In this document: piece after piece, positions 30,770-40,083 of the stretch
How positions within the stretch are numbered: position 1 is the stretch's first letter
Layout: each line of letters opens with the position of its first letter
DNA from: Limnochordia bacterium
GTDB taxonomy: Bacteria; Bacillota; Limnochordia; DTU080
NCBI GenBank assembly: GCA_050951545.1
Contig: JBMNJG010000007.1
Coordinates: forward strand, 128,001-192,000
DNA length: 64,000 nucleotides
Direction of reading: 5' to 3'
Notes under the pieces: model-generated
Database searches by the model: none
Told to the model about the DNA's origin: nothing
What the model saw: the letters and a program-made list of their open reading frames with translations, nothing else
Program-made: the position numbers and the translations under genes

Positions 30770-32155
30770 TTAGGAATAGGTGAAGTAGGCCGTCGCCCTG
30801 CAGGGCGTATCTGAGGTCACCCTCACCCAGTGTGCGCTGAAACCGGAGGGGAACTCATGATGGACGTACTCGCCCGATCGAACCACAATTGTCTTGTACA
30901 AGTTCCAGCTCTGATCACCAAGGAAGTCGACCTCAATCTGGAAAGCGCAGTCGCCGTTAGCATCATGGCACAGGTGAAGCACCTTGTCGCGGAATCCGGT
31001 CATCAGGTACGGGTCAGAGGCCTCGTAGGCAACGATATCCTTCTTCCACCAAGGCCCTCCCCAGCCAGCGGGCTTGCCGAACTGCCAGAGATCGTCTGTC
31101 TTTCCAAACCACAGCCCGCTCTGTGGCTGTCCTGCCCATAGGTTGGCATCCCGAATGGGCGTCACCTGATTTCCAGCTAGGACAAGGTATCCGTTCCACG
31201 AACAGAAATCCGGAATGACTCGCAGATGTGTGGAGACAGGCCTCACTCCCCAAACGCTACCTCCATAGGCAACTGGTGAGAGTTCGTAGAACATGCCGTG
31301 GCAGTCCATCAAGTACCGCTCTGTCTCCACTTCCCGAATGCGTGTCCACTCCGTCTGGCACCATTCGTCGAACGTGTGACTGGCCTTGGGCAGCCGGTAC
31401 GTTGACCAAGTGCCGTTCGAAAAAACCTTGAGAATGGCTGAGGCCTTATCCCAACCTGTGGCAAACATCACCTGACCGAAGTTCTTGTGGCCAACGACTT
31501 CCATGAATGGGGAGCGTTCCAGAACCGTCCAGGTGTTACCATCCCACTCCGCAAGCCGGCCAAACGCTGTTTGGCCCTGGAAGTCACCCTCAAGGTATGT
31601 GTTGTTTGCCACCACTACGCGCCCGTTGCCAGTGTAACCACCTTTGAAATGGCATCTGTTGCGTGCACCGATCCCCAGTTCGTCACACAGGTCGAAGACT
31701 TGGCGGGCCTCAAGCGTTGCCACATCAACCTCGAACAGCAAGGCCTCCATGGTGAGGAAATACACCTTGTTCTGCGGGTCTGTCAGGTGCTCCATCGTTG
31801 CTGTTAGCCGATGCCCCGTGATCGAGGAGATCGTGCGCACACGCCCTTCACGGTCGATGATATGCGGTCCAATGATCAACTGCGTAGAAGGGGGATGGAT
31901 CATGCGATTCGCATAGGTACCCACCACACTCTCAGGACGCCTGACCATTGTCATGTCGTCACGAATCTCCCATAGCCCTGTACCTTCACCAGAACCTGCC
32001 CCTGACGACACGTATGACACGGCCCAAAGACGGTTCGCCCACGGCATCAGGGCACCAATGCCGCTCTCAGAGCGGACCGCGACTGTGTCAGCTTTTGCTG
32101 TTAGTCCAGGAAACACACCACCAACACCCAGTGTATGCGGTAAACTAGTCAACAC
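30770..32155 (-). CDS. Conserved hypothetical protein (Trp-rich, probable beta-propeller)
   Basis: About 460 aa coherent ORF, RBS GGGAGG before GTG 32155, no signal peptide. Confidence 0.7.
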   Translation of the reverse strand: MLTSLPHTLGVGGVFPGLTAKADTVAVRSESGIGALMPWANRLWAVSYVSSGAGSGEGTGLWEIRDDMTMVRRPESVVGTYANRMIHPPSTQLIIGPHIIDREGRVRTISSITGHRLTATMEHLTDPQNKVYFLTMEALLFEVDVATLEARQVFDLCDELGIGARNRCHFKGGYTGNGRVVVANNTYLEGDFQGQTAFGRLAEWDGNTWTVLERSPFMEVVGHKNFGQVMFATGWDKASAILKVFSNGTWSTYRLPKASHTFDEWCQTEWTRIREVETERYLMDCHGMFYELSPVAYGGSVWGVRPVSTHLRVIPDFCSWNGYLVLAGNQVTPIRDANLWAGQPQSGLWFGKTDDLWQFGKPAGWGGPWWKKDIVAYEASDPYLMTGFRDKVLHLCHDANGDCAFQIEVDFLGDQSWNLYKTIVVRSGEYVHHEFPSGFSAHWVRVTSDTPCRATAYFTYS

Positions 32156-32306
32156 TGCACCTCCCGAGCTATAGTGCTGCATGTCCATGGTTGGACAAGA
32201 GCAGTGCCGACCCTGTGTCCGTTGCGCGGGTATCGGTGCCTATGGCGCGGCAAGGTGTGTCTGTCTGATGCAGTAGTGCGTGTCGCATACTGCGTGGTTA
32301 GCGGTG

Positions 32307-33140
32307 TCATATGCCGCGTCTGTTTGCTTCCCTGAACGCAGATGGGGTAAGCGATTCGTAACGGGTAAAAGCACGGCTGAAATGATGGACATCGCTGTAG
32401 CCTACATAACGGGCAACCTGGCTGACAGAGTAAGAGGAGTCGAGTAGCAGTGCTTTAGCCTGTGTCATCCGCATTCTGCGTAGAGTCGCGGTATAGTTGG
32501 TATCCAATTCGGAACGAAACAGGTCCCGCAGGTATCCGGGACTCAAGTGCACCTGACACGCAACCTCCCGCAGCGAGATCCTCCGGTGCATATTCTCTCG
32601 CATCCAGCGCAAGGCCTGTGACAGGCATGGATGAATGGACGAGCCTAGCGACAGATCGATGCGCAGAAGCCGCCAGAGTCTGGCCCACCAGGCCTGGGTA
32701 AGGCCAGTGAGTTCCAGAAAATCGAACGGGTCTTTGCTGGCAAGATACTGCTCGAAGACTGGCTCCATCTCGACCCATAGGCTAACCAGGCTCTCAGGCA
32801 ACCGCTGTTGCACCACGACAGGCTCTCGACTGGCGAAAAGATCAACCTCATCGAGCAGGAGCTCGCAACCCAATGACAGGTAGCGAAGCTCCCGATCTGC
32901 ATCGTTCCATGAGAATGTCTGAGCGCCTGGCGGGATCACTATCAAATGCTCAGGACCAAGACGAAAATGCCTATCTTCTTGCTGCGCCGCCAGGGCACCG
33001 TCGAGCACATACCAAACCGTGGTGAATGGCCGACGCCTTGGCCCCTCCCAGCGCCAACCTGCGGGAAGGCACCACCTCTTGACCCACCACACCCTTACCG
33101 AAAAGTGCTGTGATAGGTAGTCGCAGGGGGAGCTAGACAC
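32307..33140 (-). CDS. AraC family transcriptional regulator
   Basis: Cupin N-terminus; C-terminal VA..VGYSD..HFSRAF....TPS.FR. Confidence 0.92.
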   Translation of the reverse strand: MSSSPCDYLSQHFSVRVWWVKRWCLPAGWRWEGPRRRPFTTVWYVLDGALAAQQEDRHFRLGPEHLIVIPPGAQTFSWNDADRELRYLSLGCELLLDEVDLFASREPVVVQQRLPESLVSLWVEMEPVFEQYLASKDPFDFLELTGLTQAWWARLWRLLRIDLSLGSSIHPCLSQALRWMRENMHRRISLREVACQVHLSPGYLRDLFRSELDTNYTATLRRMRMTQAKALLLDSSYSVSQVARYVGYSDVHHFSRAFTRYESLTPSAFREANRRGI

Positions 33141-33231
33141 GGCCTACCCTCCGTATGGAATGTTAGAAAGGCGCGGGCAGTGTTCAAGGGGCCCGCGCCC
33201 ATTGGGTACTTCGCAGCTAAGGTCAGGATTC

Positions 33232-34566
33232 CTACTTGCGCTGGTTCCAGAACTGCTCTATGGTAGCCTGGGCCCGAACGGCTGCATCCTCCAGCACGGG
33301 ACCTGGGGCGTTCTTGCCACTCACTGCCTGGTCAAAGGTCGTTAAGAAGACGTTCATGACATCCTTGGTGAACGGGTACATCGGCAGAGTGGTGACGTTG
33401 GCCAGGGCTTCGCCTATGACATACCAATCCGGATTCATCTGCAGGTACTTGCGGTTCCTGTTAAATGCCCTGACAGGGGAAGGCCGTCCCTGGCGTAGCA
33501 TGAAATAGCCCGCGCTGTCTTCGCAGAGGGTAAGCCACTTGAGCAAACGCCACGCTGCTTCAGGGTTCTTGCTGCTTGAGGACATACTGTAGTGGAAAGT
33601 ACCCACGTGCATCCCGTGCGCTGCAGCGGGCTCTTTCGTAGGACGCAATGAGATACCGAAGTTGAGATCGGAGTTAGCTGTCCTGATGTAGCTATACTCC
33701 CATGAGCCATTGTTGTACATACCCAGCTTACCCTGGATAAAAGCGTTTCTCATGCCGGCCCCATCGCCAGCACCAACGAAACCCCGCAGAAACATGCGCA
33801 ACTCAGGTAGCCCACCATGGTAGCGCTGGCTGAAATGATTGATGGCCCAGGATGTTGCATCTACGGCTGGCTGTTCAGCAAACTCCACCCTCAAGCCGTC
33901 ATCCGAGAGCAGTCTGCCCCCGGAGGAGCCGAGCCAGGACAGCTGATAGTAGTCGCCTCCCTCAATGGGAAAAGCAGCTTGCTGCAGCTGGTCGCCTGAG
34001 TATCTCACCAACCGCCGGGCCATTTCGTCGACCTCCTGCCATGTTGCAGGGGGTCTTGCTGGGTCAAGTCCAGCCTGTGCGAAAAGGTCGCGGTTAAAGT
34101 AGAAAAGTGAACTTGCATCGCCTCCAGTCCGTATGGGAAATCCATAGACGATGCCCTTCCACAACCCGGAACCGATCTCCGATGGATACCACGTGTCCCA
34201 AGCGATGTTCTCTGCCTGCCGGTACGTTTCGAGTGATGCCAGGGCACCCATGTCGGCCAAGCCAGGTAAATTCAGACTGTGCACCATTACCACATCGGGG
34301 GCAGCTCCACCCAGAAAGGACACCATGAAGGCCTGCAACAGGGCATCGCCAACTCCCACAAGCTGGGTTGTCACCGATATGTCGGGGTTGCTCGCCATGA
34401 ACTCCTCGACCATTTCATTGACCCAATCGTTCCGCTGCTCGCCCCAGCAGTGCATCAAACGCAGACTGGTCTTGGCCGCGAGAGCACTGTGGCACCAGAT
34501 CAAAGCAACCAAGGTAGCCGCAAGACACATTCGGCACGCCAAAGCCCGCATACCACGCCGTATCAT
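33232..34566 (-). CDS. ABC sugar-type extracellular solute-binding protein
   Basis: Signal peptide after ATG 34566 (RBS GAGGAGG); F..SNPDI.V, GGAAPDV, YFNRDLF..AGL, PP.TW.E and KNPEAAW.LLKWL motifs. Confidence 0.9.
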   Translation of the reverse strand: MIRRGMRALACRMCLAATLVALIWCHSALAAKTSLRLMHCWGEQRNDWVNEMVEEFMASNPDISVTTQLVGVGDALLQAFMVSFLGGAAPDVVMVHSLNLPGLADMGALASLETYRQAENIAWDTWYPSEIGSGLWKGIVYGFPIRTGGDASSLFYFNRDLFAQAGLDPARPPATWQEVDEMARRLVRYSGDQLQQAAFPIEGGDYYQLSWLGSSGGRLLSDDGLRVEFAEQPAVDATSWAINHFSQRYHGGLPELRMFLRGFVGAGDGAGMRNAFIQGKLGMYNNGSWEYSYIRTANSDLNFGISLRPTKEPAAAHGMHVGTFHYSMSSSSKNPEAAWRLLKWLTLCEDSAGYFMLRQGRPSPVRAFNRNRKYLQMNPDWYVIGEALANVTTLPMYPFTKDVMNVFLTTFDQAVSGKNAPGPVLEDAAVRAQATIEQFWNQRK

Positions 34567-34951
34567 GGACAGCATCCTCCTCAATGCGTAATGCTCCACA
34601 GAAATGATGTTGTTTCGCCAGTCATGACGTTCTGATCTGGTCCGAGCGTGACCTGTGCCGATAGCGCGGGTGGCGGTGCGCGCAGCGCGGTAGCTGCCAT
34701 CGGCAGGGCCTGGCCCCAGTGTCGCCTTGACGACGTGCAAGTGACCTGCCATAGACCGAAGTAGCTGCGGCCTTCCTGGCGACGGTAATCGTTTCTACCT
34801 CGCGCAATTCGCAGGGGATCGTGTGTTTGCTGGCAAAGAATCATGTGGGTAAATCGAGAGGCCATGTGGTCGGGCGGGTAGGCGAGGTGAGGGGTCCTCG
34901 CCGTGCAGATGTATTCCGGGGTTCTGCCATCCGATGGTAGGCTTGGGCGGG

Positions 34952-35347
34952 CTAGCACTTTCCTCCCAGCTCACACCATTGCTTCCTCAATTCCTTTTCT
35001 CTCGAACGCTGCTCATCTTGGGCTTGCATGTCGCGCTCTAGGGCTTCGATCTTGCGCTGCGCAACCTCCTGATCGTGATCCGCCTTCATTTTGACGAACT
35101 CGTCGAGCGATGTGCGTATGCCTTCCTCCATCTCGCGCCTGATGCATGTATACTCCACAGGGTAATCCTTGCGCATGATGGCGTGCATCATCCCGCCAGC
35201 CCAGCCCGGAGACCGACCGCGCATATGCAGTTCAATGCTGTTCTCTAGGCTCATCAGAGTCTCTATGTAGCCTCGGTCCTCCCACTTGGTCTCCTGCAGA
35301 CGGTCACGGACGAACTGTGTCTTAATCTTGTTCAGGTCCCTTGCCAA
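34952..35347 (-). CDS. Hypothetical protein with a coiled-coil C-terminus, downstream of brxL
   Basis: Strong RBS AAAGGAGG upstream of TTG 35347; about 131 aa, charged and helical. Confidence 0.65.
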   Translation of the reverse strand: MARDLNKIKTQFVRDRLQETKWEDRGYIETLMSLENSIELHMRGRSPGWAGGMMHAIMRKDYPVEYTCIRREMEEGIRTSLDEFVKMKADHDQEVAQRKIEALERDMQAQDEQRSREKELRKQWCELGGKC

Positions 35348-35526
35348 TTCGCACACCTCCTTTCCAACGGTGATCCGCCTTCCTGGGTTTGACAGTACTC
35401 CATTTGCTTGATTTTACCTTCCAGAAATGTTCGAGCTTCTTGCATGGGTTCCAACCCCGGAGGGGTCACCAAGAGTTGGTCCGGCACTCTGACTCCATTG
35501 ATGATCGGAGGACCTTCACTCGGCAA
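35332..35526 (-). CDS. Small hypothetical protein overlapping the brxL stop
   Basis: 64 aa; TTG start overlaps the brxL 3' end and the stop overlaps the next ORF, suggesting translational coupling. Confidence 0.4.
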   Translation of the reverse strand: MPSEGPPIINGVRVPDQLLVTPPGLEPMQEARTFLEGKIKQMEYCQTQEGGSPLERRCANWQGT

Positions 35527-37564
35527 TCGCTTTTAGCAGGGCCTCCCTGGCATCTGCGTAGAACTGCACGTCGATCTTTGTCGCCATTTCGTCAGATAGG
35601 TCAATCAGCTGTCGCCTGCTCGCTACGGGCATGAGCAGGATAGAGGCACCTTTTTCAACGGCGATTTCAGCCAGCGTCACAGGGTTATGAATGGGCTCAA
35701 TGGAGCCCCCTAGGTTGATCTCCCCGACGATGACCATCCCACCACGCACGCTCTTCTTGAGTAAGGCAGTGCTGAGTGCAATCAGAGCCGCCACCCCAAC
35801 CTTTGCCCCCTGTTTCGAGGCGTCAAATGCTCGAAGTTGCGTGGTAAACTCATACTCTCGGGGATCACGATCTCCGACGAGTTGCATGGCCCGTGCGTAC
35901 AGGTTCTGCTCCGCGTAGCTTAAGCTCTCACGAAAGGCTGCCGGAACTGGCTTGTTGAGGATCTTGACTCCCGATCCGGGTCCCACGTTGACCTCAATGC
36001 GGAATAGGCCCGGATGCTCGTCATGGCCACCGGGACTGATTGTCCACACTTGCCCTGGCTCGAGGGGGTCCGAGGCAATGCAGCTTTCACTGTACAACTC
36101 CGGCGTAGCCACAAACTGCTCTACACCATCGGTTCCTATGGCGTAACTGAAGTGTGTGTTGCGAAACTCAGCGGCACCGACGCGCTTTTGTTGTTCTTTC
36201 ACTCTACGTCGAGCTTCTATGGCAATTCGTACAGCCCACTCCAGATCTTCGTCGGAGATCCTCATGTCAGCCGATGGATACAGGAGTTTCAGCAGACCAC
36301 TAACCGTTTTGTTAACAGCGTTTGTGTCGCGCCCTGAGAATGCCCCGCCATAGAACACGCGGTTCTGTAAGTGGTTGAGCCGACTTTGGTAACGGAGTTG
36401 GCGCCAGCACTCTGAGAGAAAGTCGCTGACGAGGCCAAAGTGGTTGGTAAGTAGGCTTCTATCGATCTTAGGGACATCCCAGCCAGGCAAGAAAGCATGG
36501 ATGCGATCCATAAATGCTGTGTCATTACGCATCTCTGGAGGTAACGGACCAAAAAGATGACCGATGCGCTGTTGATGCTCTACGTCCACCTCAAAGTTGC
36601 CGACGAGCACAATGCTGCCCTCTGCCCGGATGCTTTCCCGGCCTCGGCTGAACTCCCCGGACTCCATGTACCCCTTCATGATGTTCACGCCGTCTTTTTG
36701 ATCAAAGGAGACGCCGGAGACTTCATCAAAACATACAACGTCGTACTGGCAGACAAGTCCCCGTTGTCCGGTAGCATTGTTGACAAACATGCGGGCGACC
36801 GTCGCCTTTCCGCCCGAAATAAGGTGGGCGTAGGGGGAGACCTGCTGAAACAGATGACTCTTTCCTGTGCCACGGGGCCCGAGCTCAACCATGTTGTAAT
36901 TGCGTTCAACAAAGGGCACCATGCGCAGCAAAAGGGCGTTTCTTTGCCGTTCAGGCAAACCGATTGGCTCAATGCCTATGGAGCGAAGCAGGAGATCCTT
37001 CCATTGTCCCGTCGTAAAGTGTTGGCGTGCCTCAGCCAGAACGTCGAGCACATCACGTTGTGATAGCTGAATCTCACGCAGGAACTGGATGCCAAACGGA
37101 CGCCCTCGGCTCTCCTGGGCAATGAGTGAATCGTATTCAAGTGTGATTTCCGCGTAGAAGCCCCCGGTAAGCATCCGCTCGTGCTCGCTCACAAGCTCTG
37201 CGCTAATTCGCACGTCGTTGAGCTGCAGACTCGGCAGGGTAGCCAGGTAAGAGTCTGTTCTGGCATCAAGGCGGGCGGTGATCAGATCGATGAGTCTGAC
37301 CTCACCGTTTTCTCTAGCCCGGGCCTTAAACAACTCTTCCTCGCCCGCTTTGACGGTACGCGAGGTGAGTTGCCGTTGGACAATTTCGAGTCCCTCATCG
37401 ATTTCTTCTTGGTCCGTACTGGCGCAGTAGCGTCCCAGTAAGAACTCGACGACGTACGTAGGAACCGGGAATTGGCGGCTAAAGGTACGTACCAAGTCTT
37501 TGCGGACCAGGTAACCTTCGAGGGAAGAGGCGGCTATTTCGTCGATGTGGTCAAACTCTATCAT
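35516..37564 (-). CDS. brxL: BREX system Lon-related protein BrxL
   Basis: VPTYVVEFLLGRYC, VERNYN.VELGPRGTGKS (Walker A), VCFDEV, MKGYMESG.FSRG and a Lon-like C-terminus; last core gene of the BREX operon. Confidence 0.92.
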   Translation of the reverse strand: MIEFDHIDEIAASSLEGYLVRKDLVRTFSRQFPVPTYVVEFLLGRYCASTDQEEIDEGLEIVQRQLTSRTVKAGEEELFKARARENGEVRLIDLITARLDARTDSYLATLPSLQLNDVRISAELVSEHERMLTGGFYAEITLEYDSLIAQESRGRPFGIQFLREIQLSQRDVLDVLAEARQHFTTGQWKDLLLRSIGIEPIGLPERQRNALLLRMVPFVERNYNMVELGPRGTGKSHLFQQVSPYAHLISGGKATVARMFVNNATGQRGLVCQYDVVCFDEVSGVSFDQKDGVNIMKGYMESGEFSRGRESIRAEGSIVLVGNFEVDVEHQQRIGHLFGPLPPEMRNDTAFMDRIHAFLPGWDVPKIDRSLLTNHFGLVSDFLSECWRQLRYQSRLNHLQNRVFYGGAFSGRDTNAVNKTVSGLLKLLYPSADMRISDEDLEWAVRIAIEARRRVKEQQKRVGAAEFRNTHFSYAIGTDGVEQFVATPELYSESCIASDPLEPGQVWTISPGGHDEHPGLFRIEVNVGPGSGVKILNKPVPAAFRESLSYAEQNLYARAMQLVGDRDPREYEFTTQLRAFDASKQGAKVGVAALIALSTALLKKSVRGGMVIVGEINLGGSIEPIHNPVTLAEIAVEKGASILLMPVASRRQLIDLSDEMATKIDVQFYADAREALLKAIAE

Positions 37565-39915
37565 GGCCCATCACCCCCGATGGTCGTTATTGTTTGGGCG
37601 ACCAAGCGCCCGTCCTCCGCGATGAAGACGACAGTTGCTGTCTCGCCGATTAGGCCGTCGTCGTCAACGACAACCGAACCTGTACCGTCATCTCGTAAGG
37701 CCCTCACTGTCGCCACTACGCTTGATGAAGGGTTGCCTGGCTGTAGGCGGATATCAACCGAAACGCCTGAAGTACGACCGTCAGCCACTATTCGGCAACG
37801 CAGTCCTTGCCATGTGACACTGGCGATCCGAAACGGTGTACCAGCCAAGGTTCCGGTGGCGCTGGTCACGCGCAATTGCAGCGTGAGACACTCCTGCAGG
37901 CTCAGACCGCCGTGGGTGTAAATCATCCCCTGGCGGAAGGCGCGCACTCCGTCGGCAATGGCAACAAGGCGATCTGGATTCCAATACCAAGGAAAGAGGC
38001 GCACATTCGAGGGCGCGCCTGGTTTGAGCATAGCAAAGCGCCCCCACTTGTTTTCGGTCTGTGCGCTCGGGAGCTCTACCTTCGGCAAACCACCGGGCAT
38101 AAGCAGCCAGCCATGGTCCGTTACCACGCGAATGCCCTTCCAGCCCGCCGAAAGCAATGCTTTGATTCGCTCGCCTATGTCGTAAAGGAGCTCATCAAGC
38201 GCCCCAGCCAGCCGGATTTGTCGATGATGACCAGCCTCGTCAATGTTGCCAAATTCAAACCAAGCACTGCCTTCGCAGTCACCGTGTTCGCTGCTACCCG
38301 GCACTTGCCATCCAGCCTCGCTAAGCAAGCGCCTGAAATGGTAGGTGGTTAAGGATTGGCCTGTCTGGCCTACCTGTGGAACGAACTCCGTATTCGCATG
38401 ATCCCCTCGGATCGCATGGCGCACGGGGCTAACGGCTGGTTTGGCGGTGGATGTGATGCTGGGGAGAGCTGCCCAGGCCATGTCTTCTGTCACAGTTAAG
38501 CCAGCCAGCTCAAGCATCTTCACAAGTCTCTTCGCCGCGTCGAAGCGTAGCCCATCGACAAACAGGATGCATTCGCCAGGGGTCGGTTCAATTGCTGGGG
38601 CGTGGGCAATCGTACCTCCGGGGTAACCCTGTTCCTCAGTGATGCGTTGGAGGTAATGTGCGGCATCATCTACCCAAGGTAGATACACCCCGCGAATTGC
38701 CGCGGTCACCGCCTCAATGTCTTGCGGCATATGGGCAAAGGCTAGGGCCCGTAATACTGCATCATCAGCTTTCCAGCCTGTATTAGCATAACCCGTGACA
38801 AGATCGTCTATGGTGCCGGCATCCAGCCCAATCTGTGTAATCGCGGCCAACTCACTTAGAGGTTCCAGGGCTTGGGCCAAGGCGGCGTCACCCAGTTGGG
38901 CCCAGACGGCTTGTCGCCGTCGACCATGCTGTCTCTCCAACTCCAGCAATTGCGTGCGGACTTCTTTTCGGGTCTTCGTTTCCAGGCCCAGCAAGGCTTG
39001 CCTTAGTGCCTCTTCTTGTTCGTCGTTCCATTGCGGCCAGCCATCGAAACGGCCGTCGTCGTCAGTGAGCCAGAGGATGGTGCTACGCGGTGGTTCGGCA
39101 CTACGTATGCGCACAGGAATGCCAGGGTACCGGCTGGGGGCTTCACGAAACCGATCCCAAATGGCGTTCCAGGGGCCCTCACGGGAGGCCAACTTGGTGG
39201 CAGCCCCGATTGGTCCTTCGGTTTCGGGGTTAAACCCCCACTGCGACTGGCACAGGTCTACAAAGGCCCGCCATTGATCGTCTGTGCGCGTCGCGCGGAA
39301 GCTCTCTTCTTCATCGAGCCATTTCAGCAGTTCGCGCGCGGGATCTCCACCCGCGATCAAGAGGTTGAGAAAATGCTTGTCAAGCCGCATGCTTTTCAGG
39401 TAGGATAATTCTTCGTTAAGAAGATGACCCAAGGCCGCCAGCATGGCCTGCTTCGAATCGTTATCTTGAGCTACGTCTAAATCTACGCCTTGACGTGATT
39501 TGAGGAAGGCAAGCACGGTCCAATCACGGCCATTGGCTTGGGACCAGTACGTTCCCCGAAACTGAAGCTCAACGAGGGGGGCCAACGCATCCGGACAGTT
39601 CTCGACATCCCGCAGTTGTTGTCGGCTGACCCCGGGCAAGTAAATGATGGGTGTGCGCTGCTCAGGTAGGCGGGTATCGTCAATCACGCCTGCGATCACA
39701 CAACGCAGCCAAATGGCGGGTCCGCGTCGTTGAGCAGGATCGTATTTGCCCAGCACGATGAGCTCAGGCATCTCATCTAAGAGATGAGGCAGAATGCTTG
39801 TCCACTGACCTTCGCCATCGGGCCATAGGATGCACGCAGGGGCCACCTCGGCCTCCGGGTTGTAGAGACCAGCCAAACGAACAGCCTGGGTTAGAGATGT
39901 GAGTACAGTTGGCAT
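37561..39915 (-). CDS. pglZ: BREX-1 phosphatase/nuclease PglZ (type B-like)
   Basis: LFVDGLRFD, ALPSIT.TAK, VVTDHGW and YTHGGLSLQE motifs; N-terminal ILWPD...QW and GPAIWLRC. The open frame extends upstream to 40053. Confidence 0.92.
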   Translation of the reverse strand: MPTVLTSLTQAVRLAGLYNPEAEVAPACILWPDGEGQWTSILPHLLDEMPELIVLGKYDPAQRRGPAIWLRCVIAGVIDDTRLPEQRTPIIYLPGVSRQQLRDVENCPDALAPLVELQFRGTYWSQANGRDWTVLAFLKSRQGVDLDVAQDNDSKQAMLAALGHLLNEELSYLKSMRLDKHFLNLLIAGGDPARELLKWLDEEESFRATRTDDQWRAFVDLCQSQWGFNPETEGPIGAATKLASREGPWNAIWDRFREAPSRYPGIPVRIRSAEPPRSTILWLTDDDGRFDGWPQWNDEQEEALRQALLGLETKTRKEVRTQLLELERQHGRRRQAVWAQLGDAALAQALEPLSELAAITQIGLDAGTIDDLVTGYANTGWKADDAVLRALAFAHMPQDIEAVTAAIRGVYLPWVDDAAHYLQRITEEQGYPGGTIAHAPAIEPTPGECILFVDGLRFDAAKRLVKMLELAGLTVTEDMAWAALPSITSTAKPAVSPVRHAIRGDHANTEFVPQVGQTGQSLTTYHFRRLLSEAGWQVPGSSEHGDCEGSAWFEFGNIDEAGHHRQIRLAGALDELLYDIGERIKALLSAGWKGIRVVTDHGWLLMPGGLPKVELPSAQTENKWGRFAMLKPGAPSNVRLFPWYWNPDRLVAIADGVRAFRQGMIYTHGGLSLQECLTLQLRVTSATGTLAGTPFRIASVTWQGLRCRIVADGRTSGVSVDIRLQPGNPSSSVVATVRALRDDGTGSVVVDDDGLIGETATVVFIAEDGRLVAQTITTIGGDGP

Positions 39916-40083
39916 TATCGATCCATTCCCTTTGAGGATCTCGATCAAGTCACCGCGGCGAAAGGTAGCCGAAAGCTGTTGCAGGGACACCTCTCGCCCA
40001 CCATAGAGCTCGTCAATCGCTTTTTGGATGTCATCGAGCGCCTCGTTGAACAAAGGTAAGTCCCAAGCTCATACCAGGCCTGG

